Assembly: GCA_963717145.1 (NCBI GenBank)
Contig: OY970325.1
Location: forward strand, 2,496,001-2,560,000
DNA from: an uncultured Armatimonadetes bacterium
GTDB lineage: Bacteria > Armatimonadota > UBA5829 > DTJY01
Length of the DNA: 64,000 nucleotides
Direction: 5' to 3'
The position numbers and the translations under genes were made by a program. A model generated the notes under the pieces. The model saw nothing but the letters and a program-made list of their open reading frames with translations, did no database searches and was not told the DNA's origin. Numbering within the stretch: the first letter of the stretch is position 1; each line of letters starts with the position of its first letter. This document shows, in pieces, positions 49,641-58,740 of this stretch.

Positions 49641-50268
49641 GCGTTCCCAATCGGGTTGGCGCTCTATGCATAACGGAATTTCTGCACCGCGATCTCGGAT
49701 TCCTTCCGCTCACCGAAGCGGGCGGAAAACACTACAGGTCACAGGCTGCACGACACGGTATAAGGAACCGGCCCCGGTCACTCTCGAACGCACCGTGATT
49801 GCCGTCTACGTCCAGTGCATCTCCAACACGGCTTTCTCACGCCACATAAGGTTCGGATCAGTCGACCAGGTTCGGTCGGCTGAGTTCGGATTCCGATTAA
49901 GGAAAGATGCCATCAGGAGTGCATTACAGCTCTTTTATATGGAATCCGAATCGCCGAACAGATCAGGGCCAGTCCCGAATCGCGGCCGTTTTCAGCAGTC
50001 CACTATGACCTTGTGAAGGTACGCTCCCGTTCGCCACGGGTGACAGATCGTATGAAGGACTGATATGAAGGTATGATTGCGGGATTTCTCCCACTTCGTA
50101 TGACGGCGTTACCTGCCGGCAAGGTTCCCAGTGCGTGTCCGGTTTTTTGGACTTTTCTTCAACCCTGAACGCACCCGTCCCCGTGCCTTGGCTCTCACGC
50201 AGCCCGGAGAACCCTCCTATCGTCCGCTTCTATTATATCACTTTTTGCCGAGCGCGGGCACCCTGAAA

Positions 50269-51735
50269 GTAACAGTTCACGCTTGGGGATAACGAGTTTG
50301 ATCAGGCAGGGAAGAGGACAGACTTGCCTGCGAGCAGTTGCCTGCATGATTCGAGCATGTCCAGACCCCTGACGTGCCATGTGCCAAACAGACTCATGAG
50401 CGTCATCTTTGTCTCGGAACCCTTCGCGCTTCGTGTGCCTCCGCATACCTTGCGGGCGATCACACACGGCCTCAGCGCTCGTTCTGCGCCATTGTTGTCC
50501 GACGGTACTTCCGGGTACTCTACGAACATGAACAACTCGTGCAAGCGATCTATGAATCTCTTTGCCAGCGTCTGCTGTGGAGCATCTGAGCCGACATACG
50601 GACCTGAGAGCGCCTCTACCTCTTCCTCGAAGAGTACTCGCTTCCACTTGCGAACCTCCGCCTTCTTGCTCCGGAACTCCTTTGCCCGATCGTAAACACC
50701 CTTCACCGCATCCGCCCATGCGATGACGCCCGTGTCGTCCGCGTTCCTCTCCTTCAGTTTGTGCAGATCCCTGGCCAGATGTGCCCAGCATATCTGGCGG
50801 TCTGCAACTACCGGGTTGTATCCGGCATAGCAATCCGTTACCACTACCCCTTCGTAGTCGCCGCCTATCGTTTCCTTCGGGATCTCTCCACTCCGACTCC
50901 GCCGGTAGATGAAGTATCGCACGTTCTTAGTGGAGAAGGTCCAGATGTATCCGTTCAGCCCATCCTCTCTCCAGCCCGTCTCGTCTGCGTTTATGTATGG
51001 GCTTCCACGTACAAGCGAGAGTAGCCGCTCTTTCTCTTTTTTGCCACAGTCTGCCACCGTGTGCAATATCTCGCTTATCTCTCCCACAGAGAGCTGAAGA
51101 CCATACAGAGCCTTCAGCAATCCCTGTATCGTCCGCTTTGTCATGCGACCTACCGTCGAAAGATACGATATCAGGCTCATCAGGTTCACGCCTACCCGAT
51201 GCTTGCCTACAACCTGGCCGGAAAGGTCAACCTTCGGCACATGACTCTTGCCACAGTATCCGCATCTTCTGGCGATGAACCTGTGCTCGACTACGTCCAC
51301 AGGCACGATGGGGATGTCGATGACTTGGCGGAGTCTCTTTACCGTGCCCCCTGTGAGCGCTCGGCCGCAGTCCGGACACTTCGAGTGCGCGTGCTCGACT
51401 ACACGGGTGGGTGTCTCCCGCCTGCGCACGAACGACTTCTTGCGCTTCTTTCGTTCAGCTGCCCGGCGCTCTTTGCGGTTCGGCTTCACCCAGTCAGGCA
51501 CGGATGGGGAACTGCCATCACCGCCGGAAAGCCTGGCGCGAAGGTCTTCGTTCTCCTTCTCCAGGTCGCCGATACGCGCCACGAGTTGGGGAACTAGACC
51601 TTCCAACTGGCTGACCCTGGCCTCAAGCTCCTCGTATGTCGGCTTGGATTGCTCGCTCACACTCCTTGGTTCGAGACGCTCCCAGCAGGTTCCTTCTTCT
51701 TACAGACAAAATAATCCCTAAGCCTGAACTGTTAC
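50269..51735 (-). mobile_element. IS66-family (single-ORF, ISBst12-like) element copy 1, 1467 bp
   Basis: TIRs GTAACAGTTCA(C/G)GCTT(G/A)GGGAT; 8-bp TSD CCCTGAAA on both sides. Confidence 0.95.
50302..51660 (-). CDS. IS66-family transposase
   Basis: Coiled-coil N-terminus, CPDCG/CGYC, ADETGW, TDCYAGY, QICWAH..R, DNNGAERALR. Confidence 0.95.
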   Translation of the reverse strand: MSEQSKPTYEELEARVSQLEGLVPQLVARIGDLEKENEDLRARLSGGDGSSPSVPDWVKPNRKERRAAERKKRKKSFVRRRETPTRVVEHAHSKCPDCGRALTGGTVKRLRQVIDIPIVPVDVVEHRFIARRCGYCGKSHVPKVDLSGQVVGKHRVGVNLMSLISYLSTVGRMTKRTIQGLLKALYGLQLSVGEISEILHTVADCGKKEKERLLSLVRGSPYINADETGWREDGLNGYIWTFSTKNVRYFIYRRSRSGEIPKETIGGDYEGVVVTDCYAGYNPVVADRQICWAHLARDLHKLKERNADDTGVIAWADAVKGVYDRAKEFRSKKAEVRKWKRVLFEEEVEALSGPYVGSDAPQQTLAKRFIDRLHELFMFVEYPEVPSDNNGAERALRPCVIARKVCGGTRSAKGSETKMTLMSLFGTWHVRGLDMLESCRQLLAGKSVLFPA

Positions 51736-51743
51736 CCCTGAAA

Positions 51744-53210
51744 GTAACAGTTCACGCTTGGGGATAACGAGTTTGATCAGGCAGGGAAGAGGACAGACTT
51801 GCCTGCGAGCAGTTGCCTGCATGATTCGAGCATGTCCAGACCCCTGACGTGCCATGTGCCAAACAGACTCATGAGCGTCATCTTTGTCTCGGAACCCTTC
51901 GCGCTTCGTGTGCCTCCGCATACCTTGCGGGCGATCACACACGGCCTCAGCGCTCGTTCTGCGCCATTGTTGTCCGACGGTACTTCCGGGTACTCTACGA
52001 ACATGAACAACTCGTGCAAGCGATCTATGAATCTCTTTGCCAGCGTCTGCTGTGGAGCATCTGAGCCGACATACGGACCTGAGAGCGCCTCTACCTCTTC
52101 CTCGAAGAGTACTCGCTTCCACTTGCGAACCTCCGCCTTCTTGCTCCGGAACTCCTTTGCCCGATCGTAAACACCCTTCACCGCATCCGCCCATGCGATG
52201 ACGCCCGTGTCGTCCGCGTTCCTCTCCTTCAGTTTGTGCAGATCCCTGGCCAGATGTGCCCAGCATATCTGGCGGTCTGCAACTACCGGGTTGTATCCGG
52301 CATAGCAATCCGTTACCACTACCCCTTCGTAGTCGCCGCCTATCGTTTCCTTCGGGATCTCTCCACTCCGACTCCGCCGGTAGATGAAGTAGCGCACGTT
52401 CTTAGTGGAGAAGGTCCAGATGTATCCGTTCAGCCCATCCTCTCTCCAGCCCGTCTCGTCTGCGTTTATGTATGGGCTTCCACGTACAAGCGAGAGTAGC
52501 CGCTCTTTCTCTTTTTTGCCACAGTCTGCCACCGTGTGCAATATCTCGCTTATCTCTCCCACAGAGAGCTGAAGACCATACAGAGCCTTCAGCAATCCCT
52601 GTATCGTCCGCTTTGTCATGCGACCTACCGTCGAAAGATACGATATCAGGCTCATCAGGTTCACGCCTACCCGATGCTTGCCTACAACCTGGCCGGAAAG
52701 GTCAACCTTCGGCACATGACTCTTGCCACAGTATCCGCATCTTCTGGCGATGAACCTGTGCTCGACTACGTCCACAGGCACGATGGGGATGTCGATGACT
52801 TGGCGGAGTCTCTTTACCGTGCCCCCTGTGAGCGCTCGGCCGCAGTCCGGACACTTCGAGTGCGCGTGCTCGACTACACGGGTGGGTGTCTCCCGCCTGC
52901 GCACGAACGACTTCTTGCGCTTCTTTCGTTCAGCTGCCCGGCGCTCTTTGCGGTTCGGCTTCACCCAGTCAGGCACGGATGGGGAACTGCCATCACCGCC
53001 GGAAAGCCTGGCGCGAAGGTCTTCGTTCTCCTTCTCCAGGTCGCCGATACGCGCCACGAGTTGGGGAACTAGACCTTCCAACTGGCTGACCCTGGCCTCA
53101 AGCTCCTCGTATGTCGGCTTGGATTGCTCGCTCACACTCCTTGGTTCGAGACGCTCCCAGCAGGTTCCTTCTTCTTACAGACAAAATAATCCCTAAGCCT
53201 GAACTGTTAC
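51744..53210 (-). mobile_element. IS66-family element copy 2, tandem with copy 1
   Basis: Same TIRs; CCCTGAAA at 51736-51743 and 53211-53218. Confidence 0.95.
51777..53135 (-). CDS. IS66-family transposase
   Basis: Identical 452-aa protein. Confidence 0.95.
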   Translation of the reverse strand: MSEQSKPTYEELEARVSQLEGLVPQLVARIGDLEKENEDLRARLSGGDGSSPSVPDWVKPNRKERRAAERKKRKKSFVRRRETPTRVVEHAHSKCPDCGRALTGGTVKRLRQVIDIPIVPVDVVEHRFIARRCGYCGKSHVPKVDLSGQVVGKHRVGVNLMSLISYLSTVGRMTKRTIQGLLKALYGLQLSVGEISEILHTVADCGKKEKERLLSLVRGSPYINADETGWREDGLNGYIWTFSTKNVRYFIYRRSRSGEIPKETIGGDYEGVVVTDCYAGYNPVVADRQICWAHLARDLHKLKERNADDTGVIAWADAVKGVYDRAKEFRSKKAEVRKWKRVLFEEEVEALSGPYVGSDAPQQTLAKRFIDRLHELFMFVEYPEVPSDNNGAERALRPCVIARKVCGGTRSAKGSETKMTLMSLFGTWHVRGLDMLESCRQLLAGKSVLFPA

Positions 53211-53250
53211 CCCTGAAAAATACACCGGTTTGTCTGGGGAAGACCGGCAT

Positions 53251-53283
53251 AAGAAAGAAGCCCCCGCCACAGGCGGAGGCTTC
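53251..53283 (-). terminator. Rho-independent terminator after PEP-CTERM gene
   Basis: Minus strand gaagcctccgcc-tgt-ggcgggggcttc-tttctt. Confidence 0.7.
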
Positions 53284-53309
53284 TCAAGTGCATGCTTCGG
53301 ACGGTTGGT

Positions 53310-53978
53310 CTACCTTCTACGTCTGATCGCGAAGCCCATCAAGCCGAGGCCGCTCACAAGAGCAAGCAGGCTCGACGGCTCGGGAACTGCCGTGTAATCA
53401 TAGGTAACTCGAGCCGAAGAAGAAGCCAGCGTCGAGAACTGCAAGATCAAGTTCCCTGCGCCGCTCCCAGTCGAAGCGCCAGTTGCGACCGACGGCAGTT
53501 CGATAAGCCCTGTTCCGGTGAACAGCGCCTTATCGGCCGCGGACGATGTGGTCGCGAACTCTGACTTGTCCGCTGACAGGCCTGTGTAGGTCCGTCCGGA
53601 AGTACCACCAAAATCGATGTTGCCATCAAATGTGGTGGCATCGTCAGTAGTGTGGGCAACCGGAATCGTCACGACCAGGTCACTGAGATCCGGGCGCTGG
53701 AGCTTCAGAACAGCCGAGAGGTCCATGGTAACCGTAGTCGGCCCGGCGTCCAGGCTTTCGAACTTCGCTGTTCCTTCTGCGTGGCCGTCCAGATAGAACG
53801 TGATGCTGTTCAGAGTACCCAATGCCGGGTTGAACATCTGAAGGAACACCGATGACGACCAGTTCGTGCTGGAAAGTGGCTTGGCGTACGGACCATAGGA
53901 CACTGTAGTTGCTCCTGCGACGGTTGCCAGGAGCCCTACGAGTGCCAACACCAATACAACATTCCTCATAGAATTCAT
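53310..53978 (-). CDS. PEP-CTERM sorting protein, choice-of-anchor E-like domain
   Basis: Signal peptide, FNPALGTLNSITF, C-terminal VPEPSSLLAL...IRRRR; GGGAGG RBS. Confidence 0.88.
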   Translation of the reverse strand: MNSMRNVVLVLALVGLLATVAGATTVSYGPYAKPLSSTNWSSSVFLQMFNPALGTLNSITFYLDGHAEGTAKFESLDAGPTTVTMDLSAVLKLQRPDLSDLVVTIPVAHTTDDATTFDGNIDFGGTSGRTYTGLSADKSEFATTSSAADKALFTGTGLIELPSVATGASTGSGAGNLILQFSTLASSSARVTYDYTAVPEPSSLLALVSGLGLMGFAIRRRR

Positions 53979-54301
53979 CCCTCCCTTCGAGACTTGTGCC
54001 TTGGCGACTGGCACAGTTCGTGATAATAGACCCTGCCTGTCCAAGATCGCCCGTAATACCTCGCGCCTGGACAGACAGGTGTGCAACGGTCCCGTCACCT
54101 CAAGCCTCACAACGGGCCTTTGGGTGACTCGATTCTGGCTAAGGCAGGATGCTAGGGCTGGTGTTTCCGAGTCAGAGCGATGTTCCGAGCGCCTGGGGAT
54201 TGCTCGCCTTTGACATCTCCCTGCCGATACCCACTCGCGGCAGGCGGGGCATATCGGAATGGTCATTCGCCGCAGTCGCCAAATGCCAATACTTCGCGCT
54301 C

Positions 54302-54329
54302 AGTATAACACAGGCAAACCAGTTGTCAA
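54302..54329 (-). promoter_or_regulatory. Sigma70 promoter about 320 nt upstream of the PEP-CTERM gene
   Basis: TTGACA-16-TATACT with TG extension. Confidence 0.6.
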
Positions 54330-54377
54330 GCGTTTCGCGGAAAAACCGGTATTATTGCTGGGTTCCGGGAACGGCAA

Positions 54378-55016
54378 CTAAGGCTCCCAGCCGCCGAAGT
54401 TGCGGAGGATGCGGAGGCCGAGGGATCCGCTCTTTTCGGGGTGGAACTGGGAGGCGAAGATGTTGTCCTTCCAGACCGCGGTGCAGAACTCGATGCCGTG
54501 CCTCGCGGTCGCGGCGACGAGGTCCGGGTCCTCCGGGCAGACGTAGAACGAGTGGACGTGATACGTCATCCCGCCCACGGGAAAATCTTTGAGCGGCGGC
54601 GCGGGCTTGCGAACGATCAACTCGTTCCAGCCCATGTGCGGGACCTTCAGCGCGTCGGTCTCAGGCGTGCGATCCTCCGGCTGGAAGAATTGCACGACCT
54701 TGCCGGGAATCAGGTCGAGCCCCCGGTAGTGGCCGAGTTCGAAGCTCTCCGTGAAGAGAAGCTGCAGGCCGAGGCAGATGCCCATGAATGGCTTCCCGGC
54801 GGCGACGACGGTCTTCACGGCCTCGTCCATGCCGGTCGCGCGCAGGCTGTCCATCGCCGCTCCGAACGCGCCGACGCCCGGGAGCACGACGCGCTCCGCC
54901 CTCGCGACCTCTTCAGGGCTCTGGGTTACGATGGCATCGCAACCGACCGCGAGGAATGCCTTCTCCACGCTGCGCAGGTTTCCGACGCCGTAGTCGATGA
55001 TTGTGATCTTAGACAT
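54378..55016 (-). CDS. hisH: Imidazole glycerol phosphate synthase glutaminase subunit
   Basis: DYGVGNLRSV, PGVGAF, GICLGLQ, PHMGWN, QFHPEKS. Confidence 0.96.
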   Translation of the reverse strand: MSKITIIDYGVGNLRSVEKAFLAVGCDAIVTQSPEEVARAERVVLPGVGAFGAAMDSLRATGMDEAVKTVVAAGKPFMGICLGLQLLFTESFELGHYRGLDLIPGKVVQFFQPEDRTPETDALKVPHMGWNELIVRKPAPPLKDFPVGGMTYHVHSFYVCPEDPDLVAATARHGIEFCTAVWKDNIFASQFHPEKSGSLGLRILRNFGGWEP

Positions 55017-55031
55017 TGAACCTCAGTGATC

Positions 55032-55107
55032 GTAGGGAACGGTCGCCGTCCCGTTCCGCTATGGCGGATGTCTGCGACAACGGAACGGGACGGCGGCCGT
55101 TCCCTAC
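55032..55107. repeat. GTAG-type REP doublet, family B copy 1
   Basis: gtagggaacggtcgccgtcccgttccg ... cggaacgggacggcggccgttccctac. Confidence 0.85.
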
Positions 55108-55141
55108 GTGGTTTTCTCCGTGTCCTCCGTGCCTCCGTGGT

Positions 55142-55729
55142 TCAAAGCACGCCCTTAGTCGAAGGCACACCCTTCACGCGATCGGAGAGACGGGTCGCCA
55201 TCTCGAGGGCGCGGGCGAATGACTTGAATACCGCCTCCGCCGTGTGATGCGGATCTTCGCCGGCGAGCTTGCGGATGTGGAGCGTCATGTTCCCGTTCCG
55301 CGCGAGCGACTCGAAGAACTCCGAAAACAGGACGGTCTCCATCGCGCCGACCCGCTCCTGCTCGATATTGACGTCGTAGCAGATGATGCCTCGCCCGCTC
55401 AGGTCGATGGCGGTCAGCACAAGCGCCTCATCCATCGGCACGGCGGCCCACCCGTAGCGCACGAGGCCGGCCTTGTCGCCGAGCGCCTTGTCGATCGCCT
55501 TGCCCAGGAGGATGCCGATGTCCTCGACGGTGTGATGCGGGTCGATCTCGAGATCGCCCTTCGCCTCGATCTTGAGGTCGAAGAGCCCGTGACGGGCGAC
55601 CGCATCGAGCATGTGATCGAGGAAACCGATCCCGGTGCTGACCTGCGACTCGCCGCTTCCGTCGAGGTCGATGCTGATCTTGATCTTCGTCTCTTTGGTC
55701 TTGCGCTCTACTTCGGCTGTTCGGGGCAT
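55142..55729 (-). CDS. hisB: Imidazoleglycerol-phosphate dehydratase
   Basis: TGIGFLDHML, HHTVED, PMDEAL, HHTAEAVFK, PSTKGVL. Confidence 0.97.
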   Translation of the reverse strand: MPRTAEVERKTKETKIKISIDLDGSGESQVSTGIGFLDHMLDAVARHGLFDLKIEAKGDLEIDPHHTVEDIGILLGKAIDKALGDKAGLVRYGWAAVPMDEALVLTAIDLSGRGIICYDVNIEQERVGAMETVLFSEFFESLARNGNMTLHIRKLAGEDPHHTAEAVFKSFARALEMATRLSDRVKGVPSTKGVL

Positions 55730-55745
55730 ATCGTGCCTCCACTCA

Positions 55746-55787
55746 GTTCAGCGTTCGATGTTAGACGTTCGATGTTCGATGTTCGAT
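55746..55787. repeat. Heptamer tandem repeat (GTTCGAT)n
   Basis: gttcagc gttcgat gttagac gttcgat gttcgat gttcgat. Confidence 0.8.
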
Positions 55788-55793
55788 TCCGGC

Positions 55794-55870
55794 GTAGGGA
55801 ACGTGGCGCTGTCCCGTTCCGTTGTCGCCGACATCCAGCATAGCGGAACGGGACGGCGACCGTTCCCTAC
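55794..55870. repeat. GTAG-type REP doublet, family B copy 2 (inverted relative to copy 1)
   Basis: Near-identical reverse complement of 55032-55107 including the spacer. Confidence 0.85.
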
Positions 55871-57147
55871 ATTCTTACCTTCACCGCATTCGCGTGCGCA
55901 TCGAGCCCCTCGGTCTCCGCGAGTTCGATCGTCGCGGCGGCGTCGGCAAACAGCGCCTCCTTCGAGTACATCACGACGCTCGACTTCTTCATGAAATCGT
56001 CCACATTGAGCGGCGACGAGAACCGCGCGGTGCCACTCGTCGGGAGCACGTGGCTCGGCCCGGCAATATAGTCGCCGATCGGCTCGGTCGTGTTGTCGCC
56101 CAAGAGGATCGCGCCCGCATGTTTCAGCCTCGGGAGCAGCACGAGCGGCTCCGCGACCGATACCTCCAGGTGCTCCGGGGCGACTCGATTGGCAATCTCG
56201 ACCGCCTCATCCATATCTGATACGATCACAATCGCACCGTTGTCGTCAAGGCTCTTCCGCGCGATCTCCTCACGAGAGAGCGACGCGATCTGCCTCTCGA
56301 TCTCGGCGTTCACGTCATCGGCAAGCTTCTGCGAAGGCGTCACGAGCAAGGAGCGCGCATCCGAATCGTGCTCCGCCTGACTCAGCATGTCGGCGGCGAC
56401 GTGGCGCGGATCTGCGGTATCATCCGCTAATACGAGCACCTCGCTCGGGCCGGCGAGCATCTCGATGCCGACCTGCCCGTAGACGAACCGCTTAGCCATC
56501 GTCACGTAGACGTTCCCCGGGCCGACGATCTTGTCCACTCGCGGGACAGTTGCGGTCCCGAACGCCAGAGCGGCGACTGCCTGAGCGCCCCCAATCCTGA
56601 ACACCCTGTCGACGCCTGCCTCGATCGCAGCGGCGGCAGTCGCCGGATGGATCGAGCCATCCTTCTGCGGCGGCGTGCAGACGAAGACCTGCTCGACACC
56701 CGCAACCTTCGCCGGGACAACCGTCATCAGCAGCGAACTCGGGAGCGGCGCGAGGAAACCGGGCACGAGCGCGCCGACGCGTTCGACGGGCCGGATGATC
56801 TGCCCGAGCATACGACCGGGCTGCTCCGTATCGAGCCAGGACTCTCGGATCTGCTTCTTGTGGAACCGCTCGATGTTCTGTTTCGACTTCCGAATCGCTG
56901 AGAGGAGCGACTTGGAGACCTGCGCATGTCCTTCCTCGAGCGCCTCGCGCGTCACCTCGAGTGAGTCCGCTTCCGGCCAGTCGAACTTGCGCGTGTATTC
57001 CAGAACTGCTTCATCGCCCCTGGCGCGCACGTCGGCCAGGATGCCCCGGACGGTCTTCTCGACCTTCGGGTTCTCCTGCAGCAGCGGCTTGTCCAGGATG
57101 GCGGCAAGCTCTTCGGGACTACATGTCTGCGTGTTCAGCGTTCGCAT
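55867..57147 (-). CDS. hisD: Histidinol dehydrogenase
   Basis: GGAQAVAALA, DKIVGPGN, AGPSE, QAEH, APEHLE, GPSHVLPT; ATG 57147. Confidence 0.96.
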   Translation of the reverse strand: MRTLNTQTCSPEELAAILDKPLLQENPKVEKTVRGILADVRARGDEAVLEYTRKFDWPEADSLEVTREALEEGHAQVSKSLLSAIRKSKQNIERFHKKQIRESWLDTEQPGRMLGQIIRPVERVGALVPGFLAPLPSSLLMTVVPAKVAGVEQVFVCTPPQKDGSIHPATAAAAIEAGVDRVFRIGGAQAVAALAFGTATVPRVDKIVGPGNVYVTMAKRFVYGQVGIEMLAGPSEVLVLADDTADPRHVAADMLSQAEHDSDARSLLVTPSQKLADDVNAEIERQIASLSREEIARKSLDDNGAIVIVSDMDEAVEIANRVAPEHLEVSVAEPLVLLPRLKHAGAILLGDNTTEPIGDYIAGPSHVLPTSGTARFSSPLNVDDFMKKSSVVMYSKEALFADAAATIELAETEGLDAHANAVKVRM

Positions 57148-57153
57148 GCGCCG

Positions 57154-57183
57154 ATTATACCAGAGGCCCGACGGGCTTAGCAA
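57154..57183 (-). promoter_or_regulatory. hisD promoter, leaderless geometry
   Basis: TTGCTA-18-TATAAT with TG extension, 6 nt before the ATG. Confidence 0.6.
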
Positions 57184-57204
57184 TCATTTGTCCGGAAAAG
57201 ACGT

Positions 57205-58671
57205 GTAACAGTTCAGGCTTAGGGATTATTTTGTCTGTAAGAAGAAGGAACCTGCTGGGAGCGTCTCGAACCAAGGAGTGTGAGCGAGCAATCCAAGCCG
57301 ACATACGAGGAGCTTGAGGCCAGGGTCAGCCAGTTGGAAGGTCTAGTTCCCCAACTCGTGGCGCGTATCGGCGACCTGGAGAAGGAGAACGAAGACCTTC
57401 GCGCCAGGCTTTCCGGCGGTGATGGCAGTTCCCCATCCGTGCCTGACTGGGTGAAGCCGAACCGCAAAGAGCGCCGGGCAGCTGAACGAAAGAAGCGCAA
57501 GAAGTCGTTCGTGCGCAGGCGGGAGACACCCACCCGTGTAGTCGAGCACGCGCACTCGAAGTGTCCGGACTGCGGCCGAGCGCTCACAGGGGGCACGGTA
57601 AAGAGACTCCGCCAAGTCATCGACATCCCCATCGTGCCTGTGGACGTAGTCGAGCACAGGTTCATCGCCAGAAGATGCGGATACTGTGGCAAGAGTCATG
57701 TGCCGAAGGTTGACCTTTCCGGCCAGGTTGTAGGCAAGCATCGGGTAGGCGTGAACCTGATGAGCCTGATATCGTATCTTTCGACGGTAGGTCGCATGAC
57801 AAAGCGGACGATACAGGGATTGCTGAAGGCTCTGTATGGTCTTCAGCTCTCTGTGGGAGAGATAAGCGAGATATTGCACACGGTGGCAGACTGTGGCAAA
57901 AAAGAGAAAGAGCGGCTACTCTCGCTTGTACGTGGAAGCCCATACATAAACGCAGACGAGACGGGCTGGAGAGAGGATGGGCTGAACGGATACATCTGGA
58001 CCTTCTCCACTAAGAACGTGCGCTACTTCATCTACCGGCGGAGTCGGAGTGGAGAGATCCCGAAGGAAACGATAGGCGGCGACTACGAAGGGGTAGTGGT
58101 AACGGATTGCTATGCCGGATACAACCCGGTAGTTGCAGACCGCCAGATATGCTGGGCACATCTGGCCAGGGATCTGCACAAACTGAAGGAGAGGAACGCG
58201 GACGACACGGGCGTCATCGCATGGGCGGATGCGGTGAAGGGTGTTTACGATCGGGCAAAGGAGTTCCGGAGCAAGAAGGCGGAGGTTCGCAAGTGGAAGC
58301 GAGTACTCTTCGAGGAAGAGGTAGAGGCGCTCTCAGGTCCGTATGTCGGCTCAGATGCTCCACAGCAGACGCTGGCAAAGAGATTCATAGATCGCTTGCA
58401 CGAGTTGTTCATGTTCGTAGAGTACCCGGAAGTACCGTCGGACAACAATGGCGCAGAACGAGCGCTGAGGCCGTGTGTGATCGCCCGCAAGGTATGCGGA
58501 GGCACACGAAGCGCGAAGGGTTCCGAGACAAAGATGACGCTCATGAGTCTGTTTGGCACATGGCACGTCAGGGGTCTGGACATGCTCGAATCATGCAGGC
58601 AACTGCTCGCAGGCAAGTCTGTCCTCTTCCCTGCCTGATCAAACTCGTTATCCCCAAGCGTGAACTGTTAC
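57205..58671 (+). mobile_element. IS66-family element copy 3, 1467 bp
   Basis: Same TIRs; TSD AAAGACGT at 57197-57204 and 58672-58679. Confidence 0.95.
57280..58638 (+). CDS. IS66-family transposase
   Basis: Identical 452-aa protein. Confidence 0.95.
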   Translation: MSEQSKPTYEELEARVSQLEGLVPQLVARIGDLEKENEDLRARLSGGDGSSPSVPDWVKPNRKERRAAERKKRKKSFVRRRETPTRVVEHAHSKCPDCGRALTGGTVKRLRQVIDIPIVPVDVVEHRFIARRCGYCGKSHVPKVDLSGQVVGKHRVGVNLMSLISYLSTVGRMTKRTIQGLLKALYGLQLSVGEISEILHTVADCGKKEKERLLSLVRGSPYINADETGWREDGLNGYIWTFSTKNVRYFIYRRSRSGEIPKETIGGDYEGVVVTDCYAGYNPVVADRQICWAHLARDLHKLKERNADDTGVIAWADAVKGVYDRAKEFRSKKAEVRKWKRVLFEEEVEALSGPYVGSDAPQQTLAKRFIDRLHELFMFVEYPEVPSDNNGAERALRPCVIARKVCGGTRSAKGSETKMTLMSLFGTWHVRGLDMLESCRQLLAGKSVLFPA

Positions 58672-58678
58672 AAAGACG

Positions 58679-58708
58679 TTGATCTCTCAGGCGGACTTGT
58701 GATATACT
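58679..58708 (+). promoter_or_regulatory. rpsB operon promoter
   Basis: TTGATC-18-TATACT with TG extension. Confidence 0.6.
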
Positions 58709-58740
58709 GCAACGTCCGGCTCATCTGAGACCGGATGATC

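Noticed and set aside
51744-58671. A composite transposon that delivered the his genes
   Set aside because: Each IS has its own matched TSD pair and the outer flanks differ, indicating independent insertions
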